Source: Myxococcota bacterium
GTDB taxonomy: Bacteria > Myxococcota_A > UBA9160 > PR03
Length of the DNA: 64,000 nucleotides
Direction of reading: 5' to 3'
Assembly: GCA_041611735.1 (NCBI GenBank)
Contig: JBFIML010000012.1
Coordinates: 15,433-79,432 of the forward strand
Below are positions 53,918 to 63,478 of the stretch, one piece after another. Position 1 is the first letter of the stretch; every line of letters begins with the position of its first letter. Both the position numbers and the translations under genes were made by a program. The notes under the pieces are model-generated. The model was given only the letters and a program-made list of their open reading frames with translations, was not told where the DNA came from and did no database searches.

Positions 53918-54004
53918 GGGTCCGACCGGAGCGGCCCGGGGCATCGGGCCAGCATGCCCGCCGCCGCACGGACTCCGCAAGCGGGCCTCGTCCCGACCGG
54001 GACG

Positions 54005-56230
54005 CTAGGGCGAGCGGCGCCCCGCGGAGTCCACGAAGATGGGCGAGGACCAGGCGCGCGCCTGGTCCGGGCCCAGGCAGTCGTCGCCCGTGCCGGCCCG
54101 GCACGGGCGCACGCGCACGCAGGCGCCCGCAGCGTCGCGTTCGCAGCGCAGGCCGTCGCCGTTCACGTGGGGGGTGGGCTCCTGGAGTGCGCGCGCGTAG
54201 TACAGCGTGTCGCGCCCGGCCCCGGGATGGTCCGGGTCCTCGAACTCGAAGACGCAGCCCGGGGCGCCGGCCGGGCAGTCGTGCACCCGCCAGGGGTCCT
54301 CGATCAGGCTGGCCACGTCCTCCCCGACCTCGACCCGCGGCCGGATGCGCACGACTTCGATCCGGGTGATCGGGTGTCGCTCGTCGCTCGGGTGGTAGCA
54401 CTCGTTCTTGCAGAGCAGCACCAGCCGCTCCGCGCCGAGCCCCCGCTCCGCGTGCTCCGGGCAGCCTGGTCGCTGGCGGAACGAACCGACGGCCCGTACG
54501 CGGAAGCGGGGCACTTCGGCCATGCGCACCTCCCCACCCATGGGGACCGGTGCCTGGCTTCCGGGCGCATTCAGCAGATCGAACCAGAGCAGGATGCGCG
54601 GGCCGGACGTCCCATACACCTCCTTGCGCAGGAGCCCCTCCCAGACCGCGTCGCGCGAGCGTCCGCTCGCGTGCACGGCCACGAGCCCTCCCGTGTAGTA
54701 GAAGCTCGCCGAACGCTCGACGTCGCCGCCGGGCAGGAGCAGCAGCTTCGCCGGGTCCATGGGCCGCGACGCGGCGGCGGGCTGGCCCCGGTCCGGGCCG
54801 AAGCGCTCCCGTGCCCGGGCGGCGCCGACCCCCCAGGCGTCGGTCATGCCGTCGGGCGTGAACTCCTTGTAACCGCTGGCGGGCCGCGCATAGTGGGTAT
54901 CGCTGGAGGCGATCATCCCGAAGCGGAAGCCCGCCTTGCCCGCGCGCGCAGCCAGGGCGTACTGGGTGCTGCCCCCCGGCCGGTAGTCGAAGGCCGGCTG
55001 GAAGCAGTCGACGCACTGCCCGGCCTCGAGCCAGTCCTCGGCGGTCTGACCCGGCACGCTGAAGCGCTCCGCTCGCCCGGCCGCCAGGTAGTGGGCCCGG
55101 GCGGTCTCCGCGCGCAGCTCGCACTCGGCTTCGGCCTGGCCCTCGGCCGTGCAGCGCTGGTGGATGATCTCGCCGGCGCGCCAGCAGCCCGGGACGAAGC
55201 CGTCGCGGGGCGCCGGGCAGCTCGGCCGGCCCTCCACGTCGTTGGCGACGTGACGCCAGGGGCGATACTCCTCGGAGTTCCCGTGACCCGAGTAGACCTC
55301 CACCAGCGTCTGCCGGCTCGGGTCGTGGTTGCCCTCGGCGAGCTGCTTGTCCCAGGTGACGCCGGGCGGCGTCGTGTTGCCCCAGGCGTTCCCGTGCGGG
55401 ATCACCAGCGCATCGAAGCCCCAGTCGGCGAGCTTCGCGAAGAGCTCGCGCGGGGTTGCCGCGGCCTCGGCGCAGTCCGGCGGGAGCTCCCGCACCGGCA
55501 CATCCCCCGGGCAGACCGGCATGCCGGCCAGGGCCCGCCGCTGGGCGCCGAAGTCGAAATACTGCTTGCGGTTGCCGAAGTCGATCAGGCTCATGGCGAG
55601 CACGCCGCCGCGCGCTCCCCCGGCCCGCATGGCGTCGAAGGCCACCCCGGCTGCCGAGATCGGCCGGGTCGGGAGCCGGTCCTCGGCCGTCTCGCGGAAG
55701 ATCACGTTCTTGTGGCCGTAGTGGATCTCGGGCCGCGTGCCCATCTGGGTCCACTCCCAGCCGCTGAAGGCCACCAGGTCCGGGTCCGCGGCATGGCCCG
55801 CCACCGCGTTGCATTGGCGGACGGCGGCCTTGGTCTCGCTCCATAGCGCCGACGTCAGGCTCTCGGCGTGGTCGTTCAGCGAGAAGAAGTCGAGCGCTGA
55901 GCAGAAGCGCGCAAAGTCGCAGGCGTCGGCGGGGGGATGCGCACCCTCCCCTTGCATGAGCGGCAGGCTGTGCAGGAAGGCATCGATCGAATAGGTAGTG
56001 TGCACGTGCAGGTCGCCGAACAGGATCTGACGCCCGCGGGGCTCCTGGCCGACTGCGCCGGCCCCCTCGCGCTGGGCGCGCTCGTGCTGGGCGACGACCG
56101 CCGCGGGGCGTGGCGCGTCCGCCAGGGCTCCGGGCGCCTGCGGCTCTCCGAAAGCGCCGAACCAGATCGCGGCCACGTAGCCGAGCGCAGCGATGAGCAG
56201 CGCGCTCAGGACCAGGATGGCGCTACGCAT
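54005..56230 (-). CDS. DUF3604 family protein, paralogue A (PHP-like metal-dependent hydrolase fold; N-terminal membrane anchor; Cys-rich)
   Basis: ORF 54005..57262 trimmed to ATG 56230 (TGATG junction with paralogue B). N-terminus MRSAILVLSALLIAALGYVAAIWFG. Motifs ILFGDLHVHTTYSIDAF, ..LNDHAE.., ..VIPHGNAWG.., ..SGHGNSEEY.., ..IASSDTHYARPASGYKE.., ..EVYGTSGPRILLWFD.. 741 aa. Confidence 0.8.
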   Translation of the reverse strand: MRSAILVLSALLIAALGYVAAIWFGAFGEPQAPGALADAPRPAAVVAQHERAQREGAGAVGQEPRGRQILFGDLHVHTTYSIDAFLHSLPLMQGEGAHPPADACDFARFCSALDFFSLNDHAESLTSALWSETKAAVRQCNAVAGHAADPDLVAFSGWEWTQMGTRPEIHYGHKNVIFRETAEDRLPTRPISAAGVAFDAMRAGGARGGVLAMSLIDFGNRKQYFDFGAQRRALAGMPVCPGDVPVRELPPDCAEAAATPRELFAKLADWGFDALVIPHGNAWGNTTPPGVTWDKQLAEGNHDPSRQTLVEVYSGHGNSEEYRPWRHVANDVEGRPSCPAPRDGFVPGCWRAGEIIHQRCTAEGQAEAECELRAETARAHYLAAGRAERFSVPGQTAEDWLEAGQCVDCFQPAFDYRPGGSTQYALAARAGKAGFRFGMIASSDTHYARPASGYKEFTPDGMTDAWGVGAARARERFGPDRGQPAAASRPMDPAKLLLLPGGDVERSASFYYTGGLVAVHASGRSRDAVWEGLLRKEVYGTSGPRILLWFDLLNAPGSQAPVPMGGEVRMAEVPRFRVRAVGSFRQRPGCPEHAERGLGAERLVLLCKNECYHPSDERHPITRIEVVRIRPRVEVGEDVASLIEDPWRVHDCPAGAPGCVFEFEDPDHPGAGRDTLYYARALQEPTPHVNGDGLRCERDAAGACVRVRPCRAGTGDDCLGPDQARAWSSPIFVDSAGRRSP

Positions 56231-58482
56231 CAGGGCTCCCGGGGGGCCTGGTCCAGGAAGATCGGCGACGACCAGGCGCGTTCGGAGACGGGCGCCAGGC
56301 AGTCGTCCTCGAAGGGCGTGCGGTAGTCGCCATGACAGGGCTCGGTGCGCACGGCGCGGCCCTCTGCGTCGAACGTGACGCGCAGCTGGGCGCCGTTCAC
56401 CGCCGGCGTCGCCTCCTGGATCGCGCGTGCGTAGTAGAGCGCGTCGCGCCCGAGGGTCGGGTACCCGGGATCCTCGAAGCGCACCACACAGCCGGAGGGA
56501 TCCGGGGCGCACTCGAAGCGCTTCCAGGGATCCTCGATCAGGGCGTCCACCTCCTCGCCGGCCTCCGTCTGGGGGCGGATGCGGATCACCTCGATGGCGA
56601 CGATGGCCAGGCGGCGATCGCCGGGGTGATAGCACTCGCCCCGGCACAGGCGCTCCAGGCGAGCGGGCGCCAGGCCGTTCACGCTCTCCGGGGGGCAGCC
56701 CGGCTTCTGCTCCAGGGAGCCCGCGGCCCGCACCTCGAAGCGCGGCACCTCCCCGAATTCGAGCTCGCTGCCCATGGGCGCCGGCCCCTCCGGAGTGTTC
56801 AGGAGATCGAACCAGAGCAGGATGCGCGGGCCGCTGGTCCCGTACACCTCGCGGCGCCGCAGCGCCTGCCAGATCGCCGCGCGGCTGCGACCCTCGCTGT
56901 GCAGCGCCACGAGGCCCCCCGTATAGAAGAAGCTCGCCACCCGCTCGGTGTCCCGGTCCGTGAGGCCCGGACGGATCTCGACCTGCTGGGGCACGCGAAG
57001 ATCCGCTTCCGACTTCTGGCGCACGAGACCCTCGTAGAAGGCCGAGCGCACACCGGTAGCGTCGGTCATCTCGCGCCGTGCGTACTGCTTGTAACCCGTG
57101 CCGGGCCGCGCCTTGTGATTGTCGCTCGAGGCCAGGAAGCCGAAGCGGAAGCGCAGGGGGTCGCCGTCGGCGTCGGGCTCCGCCGGGTTGGCCAGCGCCA
57201 TGGCGTACTGGACGCTCTCCTTGGGCCGCAGGCTGAAGGCGGGCTTGAAGCAACCGCGGCACTGGCCGCAGTCGAGCCAGTCCGCCGCGCGGGTGTCGGG
57301 AAATACCCGGTGCGGCGACACGTTGGCTGCCAGGGCCAGCCGCCTTGCCTCCCGGACGCGGGCCTGGCAGTCGGCCTCCGGCAGGTCCCCGCAGCGCTCA
57401 CCCATGATCTCGCCGGCGCGCCAGCAGCAGGGCAGGAAGTCGGGGGTCGGCTCCGGGCAGATCGGCTCGCCGTTCGCGCCCCACTCGACCTCGCGCCAGG
57501 GGCGGTACTCCTCCGAGTTGCCGTGGCCCGACATGATCTCGATCAGCGTCTGGCGCTCGGGGTCGTGCAGGGTGCGGGTGAGCTGCTTCTCGAAGGAGGT
57601 GCCGGGCGGCGTGTAGACGCCCCAGGCAGTGCCGTGGGGAATCACCAGGGCCTCGTAGCCCCACTGGTCGAGCTTCTCGAACAGGAGATCGGGCGTGGGG
57701 GCCGCCTCCAGGCAGTCTGCCGGCAGGGAACGCGTGTCCACGCCCCGGGCGCAGCGCGGCGTCTCCGCCAGCGTCTCGATCAGCCACAGGAAGTCCGCGT
57801 ACTCGCGCCAGCCGAGGGGGTCCAGCCAGCGCAGCCCCCCGACCGCACCGAAGCCGGAGACGAGCCCGCCCTCCCCTTCCACCGAGCCGATCGGTCGCGC
57901 CGGGAGCTCGTCCTCGCCGGTGCCTGCAAAGATCACGTTCTTGTGGCCGTAGTGGGTCTCGGGGCTCAAACCCACTTGGGTCCACTCGAAGCCCGCAAAG
58001 GCGACCAGGTCGGGATTCTCCGGGTCCCCCGCCCGCGCGTTGCACTGACGTACGCTCTCCTTCTCCGCCGCCCAGTGCGCCGGGGTCAGGTTCTCGGCGT
58101 GATCGGTGAGGGCATAGAAGTCGAGTGCGGAGCAGTAGCGGGCGAAATCGCAGGCGTCCGCCGGCGGGTGGGCACCCTCGCCGTTCACCAGCGGCAGCGA
58201 GTACAGGAAGGCGTCGAAGGACCAGGTGGTGTGGACGTGGAGATCGCCGAACAGGATCGTCTTTGCCGCGGGCACGGACGGCGAGCGGGACGCGAGCGCC
58301 TGGCGCGCGCCCGCCTGGGCGGCGGCGGCCGCCGCCAGGGCGGCCTCCGGACGGCGCTGGCCCTCGATCTGCCCCGCCGTCCGGTCCCCGCCGCACCCCA
58401 GGCCGAGGGCAACGAGCAGCCAGGCGCCCGAGCGGGTCGCGAGCATCCCCGGGAGCTTGCCAGAGCTGCCCGGGGCCGGCAC
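56230..58482 (-). CDS. DUF3604 family protein, paralogue B (lipoprotein signal; Cys-rich)
   Basis: GTG 58482 (or ATG 58446). Lipobox ..AWLLVALGLGCGG. The same motif series as paralogue A (ILFGDLHVHTTWSFDAF, LTDHAE, VIPHGTAWG, SGHGNSEEY, LASSDNHKARPGTGYKQ, EVYGTSGPRILLWFD). Roughly 55-60% identical to A by eye. 750 aa. Confidence 0.8.
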   Translation of the reverse strand: MPAPGSSGKLPGMLATRSGAWLLVALGLGCGGDRTAGQIEGQRRPEAALAAAAAAQAGARQALASRSPSVPAAKTILFGDLHVHTTWSFDAFLYSLPLVNGEGAHPPADACDFARYCSALDFYALTDHAENLTPAHWAAEKESVRQCNARAGDPENPDLVAFAGFEWTQVGLSPETHYGHKNVIFAGTGEDELPARPIGSVEGEGGLVSGFGAVGGLRWLDPLGWREYADFLWLIETLAETPRCARGVDTRSLPADCLEAAPTPDLLFEKLDQWGYEALVIPHGTAWGVYTPPGTSFEKQLTRTLHDPERQTLIEIMSGHGNSEEYRPWREVEWGANGEPICPEPTPDFLPCCWRAGEIMGERCGDLPEADCQARVREARRLALAANVSPHRVFPDTRAADWLDCGQCRGCFKPAFSLRPKESVQYAMALANPAEPDADGDPLRFRFGFLASSDNHKARPGTGYKQYARREMTDATGVRSAFYEGLVRQKSEADLRVPQQVEIRPGLTDRDTERVASFFYTGGLVALHSEGRSRAAIWQALRRREVYGTSGPRILLWFDLLNTPEGPAPMGSELEFGEVPRFEVRAAGSLEQKPGCPPESVNGLAPARLERLCRGECYHPGDRRLAIVAIEVIRIRPQTEAGEEVDALIEDPWKRFECAPDPSGCVVRFEDPGYPTLGRDALYYARAIQEATPAVNGAQLRVTFDAEGRAVRTEPCHGDYRTPFEDDCLAPVSERAWSSPIFLDQAPREP

Positions 58483-58556
58483 GGAGGCAGCTGCGCTTCA
58501 TCCAGCGCCCCGGCGTTCGGGTTCGGGATCCAGGCGGCTGGGCTACGCTCCCGGTG

Positions 58557-59081
58557 ATGCGGGGCTTCGGGCTCTCCCTCCTCTCGCTGTGCATCGCCGG
58601 TCTGGCGGGGGCGGAATCGCTCGCGCCCGGCTCCCGGGCTCCTGCCTTCTCCCTGCCGGGCTCGGACGGGCGCACCCACACCCTCGCCGAGCACCTCTCG
58701 AAGCGAGGGGTCGTGCTGGCCTGGTTCCCCAAGGCCTTCACCCCCGGCTGAACCGAGGAGCTGAAGGCGCTGCGTGACAGCGCCGAGCAGATCGCCGCCT
58801 TCGACGTCGCCGTCTTCATGGTGAGCCTGGACGATCCCGAAAGAAACCGCGAGTTCGCCGAGGCGTTGGGAGCGCAGCACGTGGTTCTCTCGGACCCGTC
58901 CGGTGAGACGGCCAAGGCCTACGGCGTCACCGCCCTGGGTGGCCTGTACGCGCGACGCTGGACCTTCTACATCGACGCGGCGGGCGTGATCCGCGAGATC
59001 GACAAGCAGGTCGATGTGAAGACCGCGGGCCAGGACATCGCCCGCACCCTCCACAGGTTGGCCTTCCCGAAGGCTGAGTAG
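58557..59081 (+). CDS. exported Bcp/AhpC-TSA-type peroxiredoxin with in-frame TGA (58749-58751) at the peroxidatic Cys position: predicted selenocysteine-containing peroxiredoxin
   Basis: ATG 58557. ORFs 58125..58751 and 58818..59081 share one frame with no stop in between. The joined product is MRGFGLSLLSLCIAGLAGA|ESLAPGSRAPAFSLPGSDGRTHTLAEHLSKRGVVLAWFPKAFTPG-U-TEELKALRDSAEQIAAFDVAVFMVSLDDPERNREFAEALGAQHVVLSDPSGETAKAYGV..RRWTFYIDAAGVI.. It is colinear with Bcp (..YPKAMTPGCT..). Confidence 0.8.
58761..58790 (+). promoter_or_regulatory. SECIS-like stem-loop downstream of the in-frame UGA
   Basis: CUG-AA-GGCGCUG-CGUGA-CAGCGCC-GAG-CAG. A 7-bp perfect upper stem (58766-72 / 58778-84), a 5-nt apical loop containing GU, and a 3-bp lower stem. 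The stem starts 14 nt (9 nt with the lower stem) after the UGA. Confidence 0.6.
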
Positions 59082-59177
59082 GCGGGCGGCCGCCAAGCTC
59101 CGGCAGCGATGGCCGGCCGCGCCCAGGCCACGAAGCAGCCGCGGGCCCGGAGCCGAGCGACCCGCGGATCCCCGCCG

Positions 59178-60758
<1,581 letters not shown>

Positions 60759-60825
60759 GAAAGCTCCAGAGCACCAGTGTAGTCGTCGATGGACGGTTGG
60801 GCCACCGCGGAGTACGCGGCAGCGC

Positions 60826-62310
60826 TCAAACGCTCGCTGTGGATTCCACGCGTTCCGACAGCACCTCGAGCCAGCGGTGGACCTGGGTGAAGACCAGGAA
60901 CTCCTGGTGCACCCGGCGTTGCGCGTTCTGGCCGAGCTCCGCGCGCCCGGGGACGTCCTCCAGCAGCCGATCGAGGGCATGGGAGATCTGCTCGGCGTCC
61001 TCCGGATCCTCGATCAGACGGCCGTCGACGCCGTCGCGGAGCTGCTGGCGGATGCCGCACGCACGGCTTCCCAGCACGGCGGCTTGCTTCCACATCGCCT
61101 CGGTGACCGTGAGGCCGAAGCCCTCGCGCAGGGAGTTCTGGACCACCACGCTCGAGCAGCGCTGGAGCGCGTTGACCATCAGCTCGTTGTTCTTTCGGGA
61201 GGTCATGGGCAGGGAGACGATCGCGACGTCCTGCTGGAGCGGAAGGGCGAGGCGCCGGTAGGCCTCGATCAGGCTCCCGAGCACCTCCTGGGCCTCGGGG
61301 TCGTCGGCGACCGCATCGGGATCGGGGCCAGCCAGGACCAGCCGGACCAGCTGCAGCCGGCGTCGGTGGCGCTCCGACACCCCCGGGCCAGCGGCAGCCG
61401 ACCGCTGCTTGAGGTGCACGAAGGCCTCGAGCAGGGGCTGGAACCCCTTCAGGCGGTCCCAGCGGGAGACCTGGGTCACGATGGGCCGGAACACCACCCC
61501 GATCCCGCCCCCCGCATCGGCCGGCCAGAACTTCCCGTCCGGTCCGAGCCGCTTCGCGGTGTCCGGAAACGGCTGCGGCACCACGGGATGGTGCTCGACG
61601 GCGAGCCGGGAATTGCAGAGGATCCCGGTCAGTTTCTGCGCCGTGAGATCCCGGTTCTTGAAGCTCAGCGGGTCGATGGCCGGGTGGATGATCCCCGACC
61701 GGCCCGCCAGGAAGTCGGGTATGTACTCCGGCGCCGAGAAGATGCCGTAGTCGGCGACCTCCGCGTAACCGCGGAGGAAGTCCCAGGCGGCCCGGGTCTG
61801 GGGAAGGTCCTCGTCCGAGCCGATGTGACAGCGGAACACGAACGGCAGGCCCAGCTCCCGCTTCAGCAGCGCGCCCATGCCGAGGGGCTGGGGGTCGTGG
61901 ATGACGAGCACGTCTTCGGGTCGCAGTCGGCTCTCCAGGATCTCGGCGTTCTCGCGGCTCACCACCTCGTAGACGGCGCGGTCCTCGGCCGTCAGGTTCG
62001 GATCCCCGAAACCGTGGATCAGGTTGTGGAGCCTCTTCGTCAGGACGAAGAACTTCGGCTGGGAGGCCCCGATCACGACCCATTCCACGTCCACCCCGAC
62101 CTCTCTCAGCAGCGTGACGAGCTTCGGCATCATCTCGGCCACGCCCCCGCCCCGAGCCGTGGAGTTCACCATCCAGACCTTGCGGCCCTCGAGACGCAAC
62201 GCGAGCACCGCGGCTTCGGCGCGAAGCGAGCGGACCGCTTCGGTCAGGTGGACGACAGCGGCGTACTGCTCGAGACCCACCTCCTCGCGAATCTCGACGA
62301 TCTCGACCAT
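60826..62310 (-). CDS. treT: GT4 trehalose synthase (TreT-like, NDP-glucose:glucose glucosyltransferase)
   Basis: ATG 62310 (SD GAGGG 7 nt upstream; ORF-track ATG 62361 is an alternative). [50 protein letters not shown] matches the TreT N-terminal signature as remembered. C-terminal GT-B motif ..[17 protein letters not shown].. Confidence 0.7.
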   Translation of the reverse strand: MVEIVEIREEVGLEQYAAVVHLTEAVRSLRAEAAVLALRLEGRKVWMVNSTARGGGVAEMMPKLVTLLREVGVDVEWVVIGASQPKFFVLTKRLHNLIHGFGDPNLTAEDRAVYEVVSRENAEILESRLRPEDVLVIHDPQPLGMGALLKRELGLPFVFRCHIGSDEDLPQTRAAWDFLRGYAEVADYGIFSAPEYIPDFLAGRSGIIHPAIDPLSFKNRDLTAQKLTGILCNSRLAVEHHPVVPQPFPDTAKRLGPDGKFWPADAGGGIGVVFRPIVTQVSRWDRLKGFQPLLEAFVHLKQRSAAAGPGVSERHRRRLQLVRLVLAGPDPDAVADDPEAQEVLGSLIEAYRRLALPLQQDVAIVSLPMTSRKNNELMVNALQRCSSVVVQNSLREGFGLTVTEAMWKQAAVLGSRACGIRQQLRDGVDGRLIEDPEDAEQISHALDRLLEDVPGRAELGQNAQRRVHQEFLVFTQVHRWLEVLSERVESTASV

Positions 62311-62530
62311 TTGCGTGCCCTCCCCGGGACCGGGCCACGTTCCCGCGGAATTCTTCGGCATTTCTCCGGGGGGGCTTGAAGCATGCGCATCCGCTGCTGC
62401 GCGCGGGAGCCGCTTCGCTTCGAGATGCCGCTTGGCATGCGAGGCTCCGGCAACGTCCGGTGGCGGGGCGGACGGGACCAGCTGGAACGCGCCGGGTAGC
62501 GTGGGGTGGGGGGCGAGGGGGCGGGCCGTG

Positions 62531-63478
62531 CTAGGCGCCCATCGACCGCCTGGCGGCCGCGACGTCGAGGGTCACCTTCGTCTCCCGCTCGGAGACCTCC
62601 CACAGGGTCTCGATCGCCCGCGACAGGCCGATGCGCCGAAGGATCGGTCGGCGAACGGGCGGGCCGTTGTTCACGAATCGCGGGGCGTAGAACTCGCCGC
62701 CGCGCGCCCCGGGATCGGTCGCAGCCCGCAGCTGCGGAAGCGCACCAGCGGCGGGCGTCATCCCGGTCAGCCCGGCCAGCCCATGGAAGAAGCGCTGGGT
62801 CAAGCCTCCTCCGGTCTCGGTGACGCTTCGGGACTGGAGGTCCGTATCGGAGAGCCCGGGATGCGCGACGAGGCTCGACGCGGCGACGTCTGCCGCCTCG
62901 AAGCGCCGCTGCAAGCCGATCCCGAAGTGGAAGTTCGCGAGTTTCGACTGGCCGTAGGCCTTCCACGCGCCGTAGGTGCCTTCGAGATGGGGGTTCTTCG
63001 GATCGATGGCGCGACCCATGTGGTGCGCTGTGCTCGTGACGCTCACGACCCGTGCGGCGTCCGCGCGCAGCAGCGCGGGCAGGAGATGGGCGGTGAGAGC
63101 GAAGTGGCCCAGGTGGTTGACCCCGAGCTGCATCTCGAACCCGTCCACGGTGCGCCGTTCGGGGATGGCCATCAGACCTGCGTTGTTCACCAGGATGTCG
63201 ACCCGGTCGTGTGCCGAGAGGATGCGATCGGCCGCCTGGCGAACGGAGGCGAGCGATCCGAGGTCGAGCGGCACGACCTCGAGAGCGGCGCCGGGATGCG
63301 TCGCGTGAATGCTCTTCTCGGCAGCCACTGCCTTCTCCTGGTCCCTCGCAGCCATCACGACGTGAGCGCCGGCTCCGGCCAGGGCCCGGGCGGTCTCCAG
63401 CCCCAGCCCCCCGTTGGCCCCCGTCACGACGGCGGTCCGTCCGTCGAGGTGGGGAATGTCACTCGTGCTCCAGGACAT
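62531..63478 (-). CDS. short-chain dehydrogenase/reductase (SDR)
   Basis: 315 aa. Motifs TAVVTGANGGLGLETARAL (TGxxxGxG), NNAG, and ..SSTAHH.. with YGQSK (YxxxK). Confidence 0.9.
   Translation of the reverse strand: MSWSTSDIPHLDGRTAVVTGANGGLGLETARALAGAGAHVVMAARDQEKAVAAEKSIHATHPGAALEVVPLDLGSLASVRQAADRILSAHDRVDILVNNAGLMAIPERRTVDGFEMQLGVNHLGHFALTAHLLPALLRADAARVVSVTSTAHHMGRAIDPKNPHLEGTYGAWKAYGQSKLANFHFGIGLQRRFEAADVAASSLVAHPGLSDTDLQSRSVTETGGGLTQRFFHGLAGLTGMTPAAGALPQLRAATDPGARGGEFYAPRFVNNGPPVRRPILRRIGLSRAIETLWEVSERETKVTLDVAAARRSMGA

Noticed and set aside
49916-55846. A 1976-aa plus-strand ORF, the longest in the window.
   Set aside because: It runs antisense across three well-supported minus-strand genes (DUF6351-like, DUF2804, DUF3604-A) and their intergenic gaps. 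Its composition is R/G/A/P/H-rich and low-complexity, with no recognisable motif. It is the typical stop-codon-poor shadow frame of a 70% GC genome.
58125-58556. The N-terminal 144 codons of ORF 58125..58751, upstream of ATG 58557.
   Set aside because: They overlap the 5' end of DUF3604-B on the opposite strand. The sequence is Arg/Pro-rich nonsense, and a clean signal peptide begins at ATG 58557.
59082-59177. GC-rich inverted repeats (CCGCGGG-N15-CCCGCGG, GGCGGCCGCC) between the convergent peroxiredoxin and pckA genes, examined as a bidirectional terminator.
   Set aside because: There are no flanking T/A tracts, and such short GC palindromes are frequent in this genome. The evidence is insufficient to call a terminator.
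62362-62530. Two GCATGC sites and GC-rich repeats upstream of the TreT-like gene, examined as a possible hairpin or operator.
   Set aside because: The arms are not complementary beyond the self-palindromic hexamers, so no structure or motif could be supported.
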